This document shows, piece after piece, positions 23,373 through 32,000 of a DNA stretch of 32,000 bases. The DNA is taken from assembly GCF_000009705.1 (NCBI RefSeq), contig NC_003272.1, positions 960,001 to 992,000 on the forward strand. Reading direction: 5' to 3'. Source of the DNA: Nostoc sp. PCC 7120 = FACHB-418 (lineage in GTDB: Bacteria; Cyanobacteriota; Cyanobacteriia; Cyanobacteriales; Nostocaceae). The number at the start of each line of letters is the position of its first letter. Positions within the stretch are counted from its first letter, which is position 1. A program made the position numbers and the translations under genes. The notes beneath the pieces are model-generated. The model was not told the DNA's origin, made no database searches, and worked only from the letters and a program-made list of their open reading frames with translations.

Positions 23373-23408
23373 CCCCCGCTTCACCCAAACCAGAAGCGGG
23401 GGTTTTTT
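23373..23408 (+). terminator. Strong Rho-independent terminator 3 nt upstream of the HNH Shine-Dalgarno
   Basis: CCCCCGCTTC (23373-23382) pairs perfectly with GAAGCGGGGG (23393-23402) around a 10-nt loop, followed by TTTTTT (23403-23408). The AAGGAG Shine-Dalgarno starts at 23412. Confidence 0.8.
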
Positions 23409-23424
23409 ATTAAGGAGTGAAGCT

Positions 23425-23970
23425 GTGGCTATCACAATACCAGTGTTAGAGCAATCTGTGGTGGTATTTTCGCAAAATTACTTGCCACTGTGTCGGGTCA
23501 ATATCAAACGGGCGATCGTCCTGTTATTAACAAACAAAGCTGAACCATTAGTTGGTTATACAGAAAATGGGTGGCGAGTCCATTCACCTAGTTTGATAAT
23601 TGATGTACCAAAACATATCCGCTTAAAAATCACCTCTGTTGAGAGGACATGGAAAGTTCCGCCTGTGAATCGGCGAGAAATTTTGCGGCGAGATCATCAC
23701 AGTTGTCAATATTGCGGTAGCAGGAAGCATCTCACCTTAGATCATGTGATTCCCCGGTCTAGAGGTGGTTCTCACACTTGGGATAACGTGGTTGCGGCTT
23801 GTGAAAGATGTAACTCGCGTAAGGGAGACCGAACACCGGCAGAAGTTGGTATGCAGTTGCGTACTAAGCCAAAACCACCAGTCCACCCGGCAGTAGCTTT
23901 TGCAGTCAGCGACGCTTGGCGTGATAGCGCCACACAGTTTTGGATAGATATGCAGGCAAACCTGGAGTAA
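23425..23970 (+). CDS. HNH endonuclease (181 aa) with an uncharacterised N-terminal domain
   Basis: GTG start with AAGGAG 7 nt upstream. The HNH motif reads CQYCGSRKHLTLDHVIPRSRGGSHTWDNVVAACERCNSRKGDR. Confidence 0.85.
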   Translation: MAITIPVLEQSVVVFSQNYLPLCRVNIKRAIVLLLTNKAEPLVGYTENGWRVHSPSLIIDVPKHIRLKITSVERTWKVPPVNRREILRRDHHSCQYCGSRKHLTLDHVIPRSRGGSHTWDNVVAACERCNSRKGDRTPAEVGMQLRTKPKPPVHPAVAFAVSDAWRDSATQFWIDMQANLE

Positions 23971-23986
23971 CAGGAGAGCAGAAGGA

Positions 23987-24376
23987 ATGCTGAAATTAAC
24001 TTACACAGAGAACAGCTTTTATTTGGAATGTTTCACATTGTCTTTGGAGGAATGGGTAGCGCAACGAGTAATTTTTACACTCCGGCTAGGTCAAAACTTG
24101 TGCGTCCAACCCAGCACCGCTTCCTTTTTGTTACCTGTAGATTTACCGGGAATTGAAGCGCTAAAAGCAGAAGCCATAAGGGCTGACAGTGAAATCATTG
24201 ACTTGGTGACTTGTGATCCTGAGTATCTGGAAATAACTTTGCGGGGTTCTTGGTTGTCAGATGGTTCTGAAGATGCTGATGGCGTGTTTGTGACTCACAT
24301 GAGCGATCGCACCGAATTTTTTCTACATAAACTCTGGCACGCAGCTCAAGCCTGTGCTTCTGTGATGAGCGAATAA
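23987..24376 (+). CDS. Hypothetical small acidic protein (129 aa), apparently co-transcribed with the HNH gene
   Basis: The ATG lies 16 nt after the HNH stop with GGAGAGCAGAAGGA upstream. The sequence is D/E-rich (DSEIIDLVTCDPEYLE, SDGSEDADG). I recognise no family. Confidence 0.6.
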   Translation: MLKLTYTENSFYLECFTLSLEEWVAQRVIFTLRLGQNLCVQPSTASFLLPVDLPGIEALKAEAIRADSEIIDLVTCDPEYLEITLRGSWLSDGSEDADGVFVTHMSDRTEFFLHKLWHAAQACASVMSE

Positions 24377-24388
24377 GAAAGGTTAGTT

Positions 24389-24421
24389 CTGAGTTATGAG
24401 TAACATCCACTAATAACTCAG
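24389..24421. terminator. Hairpin between convergent genes, a possible bidirectional terminator
   Basis: CTGAGTTAT (24389-24397) pairs with ATAACTCAG (24413-24421), a perfect 9 bp. The following sequence is T-rich. Confidence 0.5.
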
Positions 24422-24427
24422 CATTTA

Positions 24428-24763
24428 TTACACTAAACGAAACATAAATGGATAGCGATAAGGTACATTTGGCGTATTGACAACCTTAATAATGGCAATG
24501 ATGGGCATGATGATACTGACTGCCCATAAACCTATAAGCAATACAATGCCAATGCCGATAAAAATTAGTAATCCAAATATAATGCCGTATATGTAAAGGT
24601 TAATGTGGAAATTCAGAGATTCCTTGGCATTTTCTTTCACCACAGGGTCTTCATTGAGCAATAAAATTGCAATGGGTATACCAATAGAGACTATCGTAGA
24701 ACTAAAAAATATTGCTCCGTGACTCAGAGCAGATAACAATTTGCGTTGCTCGAAGCTTTCCAT
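24428..24763 (-). CDS. DUF4870-type small membrane protein
   Basis: The pattern LSALSHGAIFF ... KESLNFHINLYIY ... YRYPFMFRLV, with hydrophobic helices between the motifs, matches my recollection of the DUF4870 family. Confidence 0.75.
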   Translation of the reverse strand: MESFEQRKLLSALSHGAIFFSSTIVSIGIPIAILLLNEDPVVKENAKESLNFHINLYIYGIIFGLLIFIGIGIVLLIGLWAVSIIMPIIAIIKVVNTPNVPYRYPFMFRLV

Positions 24764-24789
24764 AGCATCACCCCTCTAAATTGTCTTCA

Positions 24790-26379
24790 TCATCTTAGTT
24801 TAGAATTAGCGTTGGCATCATTCCGCCAGAAGATATTTAGACTCCAGCCTAAAAAACTTAACCCTACTAATAAAGGTGTGAACCAATCACCCCAGCGCAC
24901 GTATAAATTTTGTGTCTGGCGACGATAGATAGTTTCTGCATGAGTTTCGTAGGTGTTGTATCCAGATATCCACAAGGTTCTACCGTGGGGATCAACAAAA
25001 GCTGAATATCCTGTATTTGTTGCCCGTGCTGACCATCTATCTGTTTCAATCGCCCTCATGATATCTTGTGCATGATGCTGGAATGGCATAGCAGCACTGT
25101 AATGGGCATCGTTGGAAGAACTGAGGATAAATTGTCCACCCGCCGCCGCTTGACTACGAAATACTTCCGGGAAGGCTGACTCATAACAAATACCGACGAT
25201 CGCCCGACCGAATGGAGTATCAAAAATTTGGTTGGGTGAACCATGAACTTGGTGTTCATCCAGGGGTGACAAACGTTGTACCAAACCGCCAATAATGCCC
25301 TCAAAGGGAATATATTCACCTAAAGGTACTAACTTGGATTTATCGTAGCGGCTGGTAATTTCGCCTTGGCTGTTGACGGTAAATAGACTATTAGTATAAC
25401 TGCGCCCGCGATCGCCAAAAGCACCTATCCAAGCAACTACACCTTTTTCCCGCACGGCTGAAACTAGGGGTGTTGTGGGCAGATTTCGTTGGAAAAATGG
25501 TAATGCGCCTTCTGGAGTGAGAACTGCTTCTACACCTTGGTTTACTAGAGTTAAATATCCATCGGTGTAGCCTGTAATGGCACGGCTCAATCCCTGGGGA
25601 AGCAACTTAATTTTATTGGGAATATTCCCCTGAACAATTCCTACCTTTAATGCTGTGTCTGATGATTTGGCAATAGGGGCGGTATATAAGCCGAAACCAA
25701 TTAGATGTAGGGTAATTAATAATCCGGTGGCTATTGCTAAATATCTACCTAGCAAGCCCTGTTTGCGATTGAGCCACGCCTCAGCAACTATACCATTGAC
25801 GCTGACAATTGCTGCTGTGACGAGATTCGGCCCGGAGATTTGCCCCAAGTGCAGAATTGCCAGGTTATGGGGTGATTGGGTATAAGCTAGGGAACTCCAC
25901 CACAAAGGCCCGGCACTCCATAGGCTTTCTAAAACACACCACATAGCTGTACCAATAAGGATACGCAGCCAGGATTTTTGTTCAGAAATATGAGTTAAGC
26001 AAGCTGCCCAAATAGCGCCAAATAAACCACCATAGAAGCTAATAAATGACCAGCAAAATATGGTGATTGCCAAACTCGGCCACCAGGGAACACCCAACCA
26101 ATCCATAGGATGAATACCGGTAATCCAAAAGAGGGCTACACCGTGATAGCCGATACCCCAGGTCAATCCCAGGAGGAGAAGAGATGAGGGGGGATAGTTT
26201 TTTCTTTTACTAGAAACTACGAATATCCATAGAGGGGCTAGGGCAATCCAAGCTAGAAACCATGCAGCAAAAGGGGCTACCGTTAGCCCCATGAATATGC
26301 CACTAGTTAGGGTAATTAGGGGAGGGAGCAGGGAAATAAGTCTCTCTCCCTGCTGTTTACTCAGCTTCTTCCTCATCAC
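24790..26379 (-). CDS. lnt: Apolipoprotein N-acyltransferase
   Basis: A polytopic N-terminal domain precedes a CN-hydrolase domain with E (LTPEGALPF), K ([15 protein letters not shown]) and C ([11 protein letters not shown]) in the Lnt order. The start overlaps the gyrA stop by 23 nt. Confidence 0.9.
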   Translation of the reverse strand: MMRKKLSKQQGERLISLLPPLITLTSGIFMGLTVAPFAAWFLAWIALAPLWIFVVSSKRKNYPPSSLLLLGLTWGIGYHGVALFWITGIHPMDWLGVPWWPSLAITIFCWSFISFYGGLFGAIWAACLTHISEQKSWLRILIGTAMWCVLESLWSAGPLWWSSLAYTQSPHNLAILHLGQISGPNLVTAAIVSVNGIVAEAWLNRKQGLLGRYLAIATGLLITLHLIGFGLYTAPIAKSSDTALKVGIVQGNIPNKIKLLPQGLSRAITGYTDGYLTLVNQGVEAVLTPEGALPFFQRNLPTTPLVSAVREKGVVAWIGAFGDRGRSYTNSLFTVNSQGEITSRYDKSKLVPLGEYIPFEGIIGGLVQRLSPLDEHQVHGSPNQIFDTPFGRAIVGICYESAFPEVFRSQAAAGGQFILSSSNDAHYSAAMPFQHHAQDIMRAIETDRWSARATNTGYSAFVDPHGRTLWISGYNTYETHAETIYRRQTQNLYVRWGDWFTPLLVGLSFLGWSLNIFWRNDANANSKLR

Positions 26380-28975
26380 CAGTGTCGGGGGGAACTATAG
26401 CTACTCCAGTAATTGCGTCATCTTCATCTAGGCGTTGGACTCTAACACCTGTTGCCGATCGCGATTGAATGGAAATTGCGTTGACAGCTTGGCGTATAAT
26501 GATCCCGCGATTTGTCACCATCATGATTTCGTTATCGCTGTTGACAATACCAAGGGTGGCTAATTTGTCTTTGGTTTTGCGATTTTTGAATTTAGTCGCC
26601 ATTAAACCTTGTCCAGCACGATTTTGCAGGCGGAATTGGCTGACTGGTACGCGCTTGCCATAGCCTCCCATTGTGATGACTAACACCCAAGGCCCGACAC
26701 TGGCAGTGCTAGATACTTCTACAGCTTCTAGGTTTTCTAAAGTTTCTAAGACTTCTGTTGTTTCTACGGCGGTTTCGATGTCTTCTGTTTCGATATCGTC
26801 GATGTCTGGTTCTTCAGTGTTTAACGTATCGAGAATTGCTGCCGGTAGAATATCCATCCCTACCAGTTCATCGCCTTTTTTCAGTTTCATGGATTTCACT
26901 CCACGGGTTGCCCTACCTAGAGGACGGAGTTGTTCGTGGGTACATCTAAAGTGAATTGCCATACCTAAACGAGAGCCAACAATAATGCTGTCCTCAACTC
27001 TAGCGCGGCGTACCCATCGCAGTTGGTCGCCTTCTTCTAAGGAAATAGCAATCAACCCATTGGCGCGGATATTACTAAATGCTGCCAATTCGGTTTTCTT
27101 GATGTTGCCGCCTTTGGTGAGCATGACCAGATATTCTTCACTGGTAAACTCATCCACAGGGACAATGGAGGTGATTTTTTCTTCTTTGGGAATGGGTAAT
27201 AATTGGACAATGGGCGTACCCCTACTGGTGCGGGAACCCAAGGGTATTTGATAGGCTTTGAGGCAATAGACGACACCGCGATCGCTAAAAAATAGCACGC
27301 TGTCATGGTCACAACAAGTCAAGAAATGCTCAATGGTGTCATCATCTTTTACCTTAGCGGCGGCTTTACCTCTGGTAGCACGGCTTTGTGCTTCAAAGGT
27401 GTTGACTGGCATCCGTTTGATGTAACCTTGTTGTGTCAGGAGGATAATTGCTTTTTCGTTGGCGATGAGGTCACGCTCATCTATTTCACCCTCGGCGTGG
27501 GTAATTACGGTACGTCTAGGTGTGGCAAAGCTGGTTTTGATTTGGGTGATTTCGGTTTCGATGATTTCCAGTATCCGTTCCCGCCGTGCCAAAATATCTT
27601 GTAAATCGGCAATTTGGGTTTGTAAATCTTCGTGTTCTAGGCGGATTTTGTCGGCTTCTAAGGCAGTCAAACGGCGCAACTGCATCTGTAAAATTGCGTC
27701 GGCTTGGACTTCCGAAAGCATATAGGTGGTGATTAACTCCCCTTTAGCTGTGGGTGTATCGGAAGCACCACGAATCAAGTTAATAATTGCATCTAAATGA
27801 GATAGGGCAATTAATAACCCTTGTAAAAGATGATCCCGTTCTTCCGCTTTTCGCAGTTCGTAGCGGGTGCGTCTGGTAATGGATTCGATGCGGAAATCGA
27901 GGAAGACGTTTAAGAATTGTTTGAGGTTGAGAATTTGGGGTTCACCATTCACCAAGGCCAGCATATTGGCCCCGAAGTTGGCTTGTAGAGGCGTTTGCTT
28001 ATAAAGGTTATTAAGGACTACGCGGGGATAGGCATCACGCTTGAGTTCGATGACAATTCGCATTCCGTCGCGATCGCTTTCATCTCGGATATCTGCAATG
28101 CCTTCAATCCGTTTGTCGTTCACCAACTCCGCTATTTTCTCAATTAGTGCGGCTTTGTTGGTTTGATATGGCAACTCAGTAATGATGATTGCTTCTCGGT
28201 CTGGTCTTCCCCTGTGTTCAATGGTTTCGATATTGGCCACACCACGCATGGTGATGGAACCGCGCCCTGTGGTGTAGGCTTCTTTAATCGCTCCCACCCC
28301 CAGAATTTGCGCCCCCGTAGGAAAGTCTGGCCCGTGGATGTATTGCATTAATTGCAGGTCAGTGATTTCTGGATTGTGAATCACTGCTACCACCCCATCA
28401 ATTAATTCTCCTAAGTTATGAGGAGGAATATTGGTCGCCATCCCCACTGCGATCCCCGAAGAACCATTTAGTAGTAACTGGGGAATACGAGATGGCAAAA
28501 CTGTGGGTTCTTGTTGGGAACCATCGAAGTTATCAGCAAAATCTACTGTTTCTGATTCGATGTCTTGGAGGAGGGCGGAACTGGTTAGGGCTTGTAGGCG
28601 ACATTCTGTATAACGCATTGCCGCCGGGGGATCGTTATCTACAGAACCGAAGTTACCATGTCCGTTGACTAAGGGCGATCGCATGGAAAAATCCTGCGCC
28701 ATCCGCACCAAGGCATCATATACTGCTGTGTCGCCGTGGGGGTGATATTTACCCAACACTTCCCCGACCACACGGGCGCATTTCTTAAAAGGGCGATCGT
28801 GGGTTAAACCCAATTCGTGCATGGCGTAGAGGATGCGACGATGCACAGGTTTTAGACCATCCCTGGCATCTGGTAGCGCCCTACCCACTATCACACTCAT
28901 GGCGTATTCCAGATAAGACCGGGACATTTCGTTCCGCAGATCCGTCGGGATAATCCTCTCCTGTGAGGTTGTCAT
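26357..28975 (-). CDS. gyrA: DNA gyrase subunit A
   Basis: [37 protein letters not shown] and AAMRYTE (the active-site Tyr) are present, with a repeated C-terminal beta-pinwheel-type sequence. Confidence 0.97.
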   Translation of the reverse strand: MTTSQERIIPTDLRNEMSRSYLEYAMSVIVGRALPDARDGLKPVHRRILYAMHELGLTHDRPFKKCARVVGEVLGKYHPHGDTAVYDALVRMAQDFSMRSPLVNGHGNFGSVDNDPPAAMRYTECRLQALTSSALLQDIESETVDFADNFDGSQQEPTVLPSRIPQLLLNGSSGIAVGMATNIPPHNLGELIDGVVAVIHNPEITDLQLMQYIHGPDFPTGAQILGVGAIKEAYTTGRGSITMRGVANIETIEHRGRPDREAIIITELPYQTNKAALIEKIAELVNDKRIEGIADIRDESDRDGMRIVIELKRDAYPRVVLNNLYKQTPLQANFGANMLALVNGEPQILNLKQFLNVFLDFRIESITRRTRYELRKAEERDHLLQGLLIALSHLDAIINLIRGASDTPTAKGELITTYMLSEVQADAILQMQLRRLTALEADKIRLEHEDLQTQIADLQDILARRERILEIIETEITQIKTSFATPRRTVITHAEGEIDERDLIANEKAIILLTQQGYIKRMPVNTFEAQSRATRGKAAAKVKDDDTIEHFLTCCDHDSVLFFSDRGVVYCLKAYQIPLGSRTSRGTPIVQLLPIPKEEKITSIVPVDEFTSEEYLVMLTKGGNIKKTELAAFSNIRANGLIAISLEEGDQLRWVRRARVEDSIIVGSRLGMAIHFRCTHEQLRPLGRATRGVKSMKLKKGDELVGMDILPAAILDTLNTEEPDIDDIETEDIETAVETTEVLETLENLEAVEVSSTASVGPWVLVITMGGYGKRVPVSQFRLQNRAGQGLMATKFKNRKTKDKLATLGIVNSDNEIMMVTNRGIIIRQAVNAISIQSRSATGVRVQRLDEDDAITGVAIVPPDTGDEEEAE

Positions 28976-29467
28976 AACTTAAATAACTCCAAAAAACTTA
29001 GATTTTAGCCTTAGCGCTTGACATAGCGCCAAGTTATGCAAAATTTCTTTTGAATAGTTGCCATATTTTGATACAATTCTAACACAATATTCCCTGTGTC
29101 TGCCGAGATAGGTTATCTATAGGATCTCGCTATATATCTTGTTTAAACTGAGTTAGTTACTATTGTTTAATTTTCAATAAAAAACGAATTTGATTTTGAA
29201 AAACAAATTTTATAGTGAAGTTTTCTCAAAAGATTTCTATGTATTGAGTTGAGGGGCAATTAAGGAAATTTTTCATTCTCAAAAAAAGCCCATTCAACTA
29301 GCAAAAATAATTACCATAAAAAAGCTAAAATTAGCCAATTTTGATCACAGCAAATTTCTACTTATTGGTGTTTGTTTTGTTGCTGCATATTTGGCTATCA
29401 TTGTGTTAATCATAACCAATAGACAATTCAAGACAAATAACCCTTTACCTTGGCACATTACTTAGTA

Positions 29468-31105
29468 TTAAATATTTAATCCAACAACTGTTAACTCTGG
29501 TGGATGCTCAACAGTAAACTGATAAGATACTTCTTGTTTTACTTGGGGTGGGATAGTTAGTTTCCATTCTAAAATACCCATTTCACCTAGTTGAGTTGGA
29601 GGGTTGCTGCGGTTGAGGCGGACTTTAATTTGTTCATTGCGGCTTACGGGTAATTGTTCAGTTAATTGCAACTGAGTTTCTTGATTGAGTAAGTTAGTAA
29701 TTATCAGACGATAACCATAAGTGGTGCGGCGTTGATTACCGATAAGTTTTTTATCTACTTGACGCTCAACTAGATCCCGTTCAATTTTTAAACCTTCATC
29801 AATTCCTAAGTTGAGTTTAAATTCTTGTCCTGGGGCAACATTTTCTAATTGAGTGATTCCAACATACATTTCATCACGGAAAATATTGGCTTTACCAGGT
29901 AATAAAGTCACGCCATCAGAACTGTTTTTTACATTAGCTTCCAGATACGCAAAACTAACCAAGCGTGGCATTGCTACATAATTAAAATTACAAGGGTAAT
30001 CATCATGAAAAATTGTGATTTTATGAGGTGTGCCATCACTAGGAATATTACCACCACCATGAAGTTTAAATGTGACGATACTTCCTTCTTTGGAGACCTC
30101 CGCCGCGATATTTTCTGCTGAAATCAAACTATCATCGGCTGTTTCTGCTTCATCTTCTGCGGGAATTCCTGCCCCAGATGGAACAGTCGTAGTTGATATG
30201 GTGGGCAAAGAAGGGCTGGCGGCTAATTGTCGTCGCGATCGCCATACTTGAGGAGTTGGTGCGTCAATATACCAAGGTTTGAGTTTGGGTGGTAGTGTAC
30301 CTAATCCTGGTTTGGCTGTAGATAAGGTAAGTGCCACATCTAGCCAATCTTCCCCTGTATTTTGGTTGACTTCAGCAAGGTAACTCAAATTTACGGTCTT
30401 ATTTGTACTATTTAACCGTAAGTCATATAAGGGAGTCCAACTGGCATGATTCACCACGTAAGACACTTCCAGATCAAATTCACCTTCCCCCATAGCTTCA
30501 ATTAGTGCAATCAAACTCACACTTTCTTGGGGATGGGGTGTTTGGATCATCTGCAAAGAGGCGCGGAGTGCTTGTATTTGCTTGTCTAATTCTTGTTGTT
30601 GGCTTTTACATTCCCCAGAGGCGATCGCATATTCGCTGTACTGGCTGCCTAAAAAGTTGAGAAAATCTAGAGTTTCGCTGAGGCTGAGATTTTTCCGCGA
30701 TAGGCTTTGAGCAAACGGTTCTTCTGTCTTTTCCCGTAAACCTTCAATAAACTTAGCTTGTAAAGATAAAGCATCTACCTGGGCTTGCAGATGGCGTTTT
30801 TCCGTTTCTAATTGCTGAATTTGCCGATTTAAATGGGCGGCTCGTTCGGCCACAGGTTCAGTGGTATAGATGCGATCGCAGTTTACTCCCAACAAGCGCA
30901 CCCCTACTGTACCTGCACCACTAACCCGAACAGAATCAGTTTCTAGAGTTACTGGCAGTGAATTAATCACCAATTCTCGTTCCGTTCCTGATAAGGAAAC
31001 CTTACCCTTTCGTGTAACTAAGGCTTTGTCACTGTAAACTGTCACCGCTACAATCTGACTGTGTACTGTTGTTCGCCAAGATGGTGTTTCTTCCGGGTTA
31101 ACCAC
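29468..31105 (-). CDS. DUF4140/DUF4139 (MuiA-like, TIGR02231-type) protein
   Basis: GTG start. The N-terminus IVAVTVYSDKALVTRKGKVSLSGTERELVINSLPVTLETDSVRVSG is the characteristic DUF4140 opening. A coiled-coil region follows (QIQQLETEKRHLQAQVDALS) and then a large beta-rich C-terminal domain. Confidence 0.7.
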   Translation of the reverse strand: MVNPEETPSWRTTVHSQIVAVTVYSDKALVTRKGKVSLSGTERELVINSLPVTLETDSVRVSGAGTVGVRLLGVNCDRIYTTEPVAERAAHLNRQIQQLETEKRHLQAQVDALSLQAKFIEGLREKTEEPFAQSLSRKNLSLSETLDFLNFLGSQYSEYAIASGECKSQQQELDKQIQALRASLQMIQTPHPQESVSLIALIEAMGEGEFDLEVSYVVNHASWTPLYDLRLNSTNKTVNLSYLAEVNQNTGEDWLDVALTLSTAKPGLGTLPPKLKPWYIDAPTPQVWRSRRQLAASPSLPTISTTTVPSGAGIPAEDEAETADDSLISAENIAAEVSKEGSIVTFKLHGGGNIPSDGTPHKITIFHDDYPCNFNYVAMPRLVSFAYLEANVKNSSDGVTLLPGKANIFRDEMYVGITQLENVAPGQEFKLNLGIDEGLKIERDLVERQVDKKLIGNQRRTTYGYRLIITNLLNQETQLQLTEQLPVSRNEQIKVRLNRSNPPTQLGEMGILEWKLTIPPQVKQEVSYQFTVEHPPELTVVGLNI

Positions 31106-31306
31106 TGCCAGTTTTTCCCTATGTTAAATGACGCTGCTGGTTAATTGTGAAATTTTCCAGGTCTACCCGTCAAGTAATTTGAAATGAATTGTCAGTATTG
31201 AGAGTCATGAGATATGTAAAGCCTCGTGGACATAGCTGCGGAATGTGTAGTCGGTGCTGAGTTAGGAGTAAAAATATATTTCTGATTCTCCCCCGGCCTT
31301 CTACTG

Positions 31307-32000
31307 TTACTCAACCACACTATACTCAGGCACAGCAACAGGGATATTTAGTTGCTCTGTTTGCTCTACAAACTTTTTGGCTGCATCTAGCAGATACTCA
31401 TAGTAGGTACGAGCCACAATCGATAACTGTTTACCCGATGGGTAAACCATGTACCAAGTCCGCTTAATGGGGAAGTGCTGCACGTCCAGAATGCTGAATT
31501 CGGCGGCATCAGATAATAGGGTATGTCGAGATAAAACAGAAATTCCTAGTCCACCGGCGATCGCTTGTTTGATTGCCTCATTACTACCTAATTCCAGCTT
31601 CACTTTGACGGAAACACCTTGTTCTTCCAGTAGATTTTGTACAGCACGGCGTGTTCCCGAACCCGGTTCCCGCATAATAAAGGGTTCACTGGACAACCGT
31701 TGTATGGGAATATTTTTTTCTTGTGCTAGTGGATGATTTGCAGGAGCAAATACTACTAAAGGATTATCTAAAAATGGCTGACTAGTTACATCCAAATGCT
31801 CTGGGACTTGACTCATAATATACAAGTCATCCATGTTACTCATCATCCGCTCTAGGATGCGTTCGTGGTTTGTGACTTGCAAGGAAATGTCAATGCCTGG
31901 ATAAAGTTGGCAAAAAGGCCCCAATAAGCGGGGAATAAAATATTTAGCAGTGGTAATTACTGCTAATCTTAATTGCCCTTGTTTTAGCCCTTTTAAATCA
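31307..32000 (-). CDS. LysR-type transcriptional regulator of the CbbR/RbcR/CmpR clade (N-terminus beyond the window)
   Basis: The frame stays open to nt 32000 (...DLKGLKQGQLRLAVITTAKYFIPRLLGPFCQLYPGIDISLQV...), so the track's TTG at 31924 is not the true start. The effector-domain sequence (FIMREPGSGTRRAVQ, LELGSNEAIKQAIAGGLGISVLS) is typical of cyanobacterial RbcR/CmpR-like proteins. Confidence 0.85.
   Translation of the reverse strand, partial: DLKGLKQGQLRLAVITTAKYFIPRLLGPFCQLYPGIDISLQVTNHERILERMMSNMDDLYIMSQVPEHLDVTSQPFLDNPLVVFAPANHPLAQEKNIPIQRLSSEPFIMREPGSGTRRAVQNLLEEQGVSVKVKLELGSNEAIKQAIAGGLGISVLSRHTLLSDAAEFSILDVQHFPIKRTWYMVYPSGKQLSIVARTYYEYLLDAAKKFVEQTEQLNIPVAVPEYSVVE

Noticed and set aside
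23100-23970. HEARO/omega-RNA plus IscB-type association (HNH-associated RNA)
   Set aside because: The HNH protein is only 181 aa and has no RuvC segments. In addition, the RNA-like region lies upstream with a terminator, unlike IscB loci. No reverse transcriptase is present either, so it is not a retron.
29339-29407. Hydrophobic mini-ORF of about 22 codons (LITANFYLLVFVLLLHIWLSLC) in the gyrA upstream spacer as a type I toxin candidate
   Set aside because: It has only a TTG start and no Shine-Dalgarno, and I saw no antisense RNA signal or terminator. AT-rich DNA readily yields Leu/Phe/Ile-rich peptides.

Overview
The window looks like a chromosomal segment from a filamentous Nostoc/Anabaena-type cyanobacterium. 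Three things support this: the photosystem II genes psbH and psbN, about thirty copies of the HIP1 palindrome GCGATCGC (my approximate manual count), and many heptameric STRR-type tandem repeats in the spacers. Most of the content is ordinary core genes. These are a 5'-truncated OprB-like porin, a gamma-glutamylcyclotransferase-like protein, an HDAC-family deacetylase, rpsU, pth, tatA, psbH/psbN, a GH38 alpha-mannosidase, a PlsC-type acyltransferase divergent from a lysophospholipase-like hydrolase, tRNA-Glu(UUC), an SRPBCC protein, a GAF-GAF histidine-kinase-like protein, a DUF4870 membrane protein, lnt, gyrA, a DUF4139/MuiA-like protein and a 5'-truncated CbbR/RbcR/CmpR-type LysR regulator. 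rpsU (58 aa) and psbN (43 aa) are real genes that fall below the size cut-off of the supplied ORF track. Two loci are not explained by ordinary annotation. (1) At 5435-8988, two P-loop ATPases of the same ORC/STAND-like type are separated by only 2 nt and have mirror-image membrane anchoring. The second carries a 360-nt run of 12-nt tandem repeats encoding a 120-residue period-4 glycine zipper. I consider this the best candidate for an undescribed conflict, cell-death or membrane-signalling module. (2) At 22688-24376, a ribbon-helix-helix protein is divergent from a roughly 330-nt leader that appears structured. The leader ends in a strong intrinsic terminator with an alternative (antiterminator) pairing 3 nt before the Shine-Dalgarno of an HNH nuclease, and the nuclease is followed 16 nt later by a small acidic protein. 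I saw no CRISPR array, transposase, integrase or rRNA. All functional calls rest on motif recognition by eye; no searches were run.
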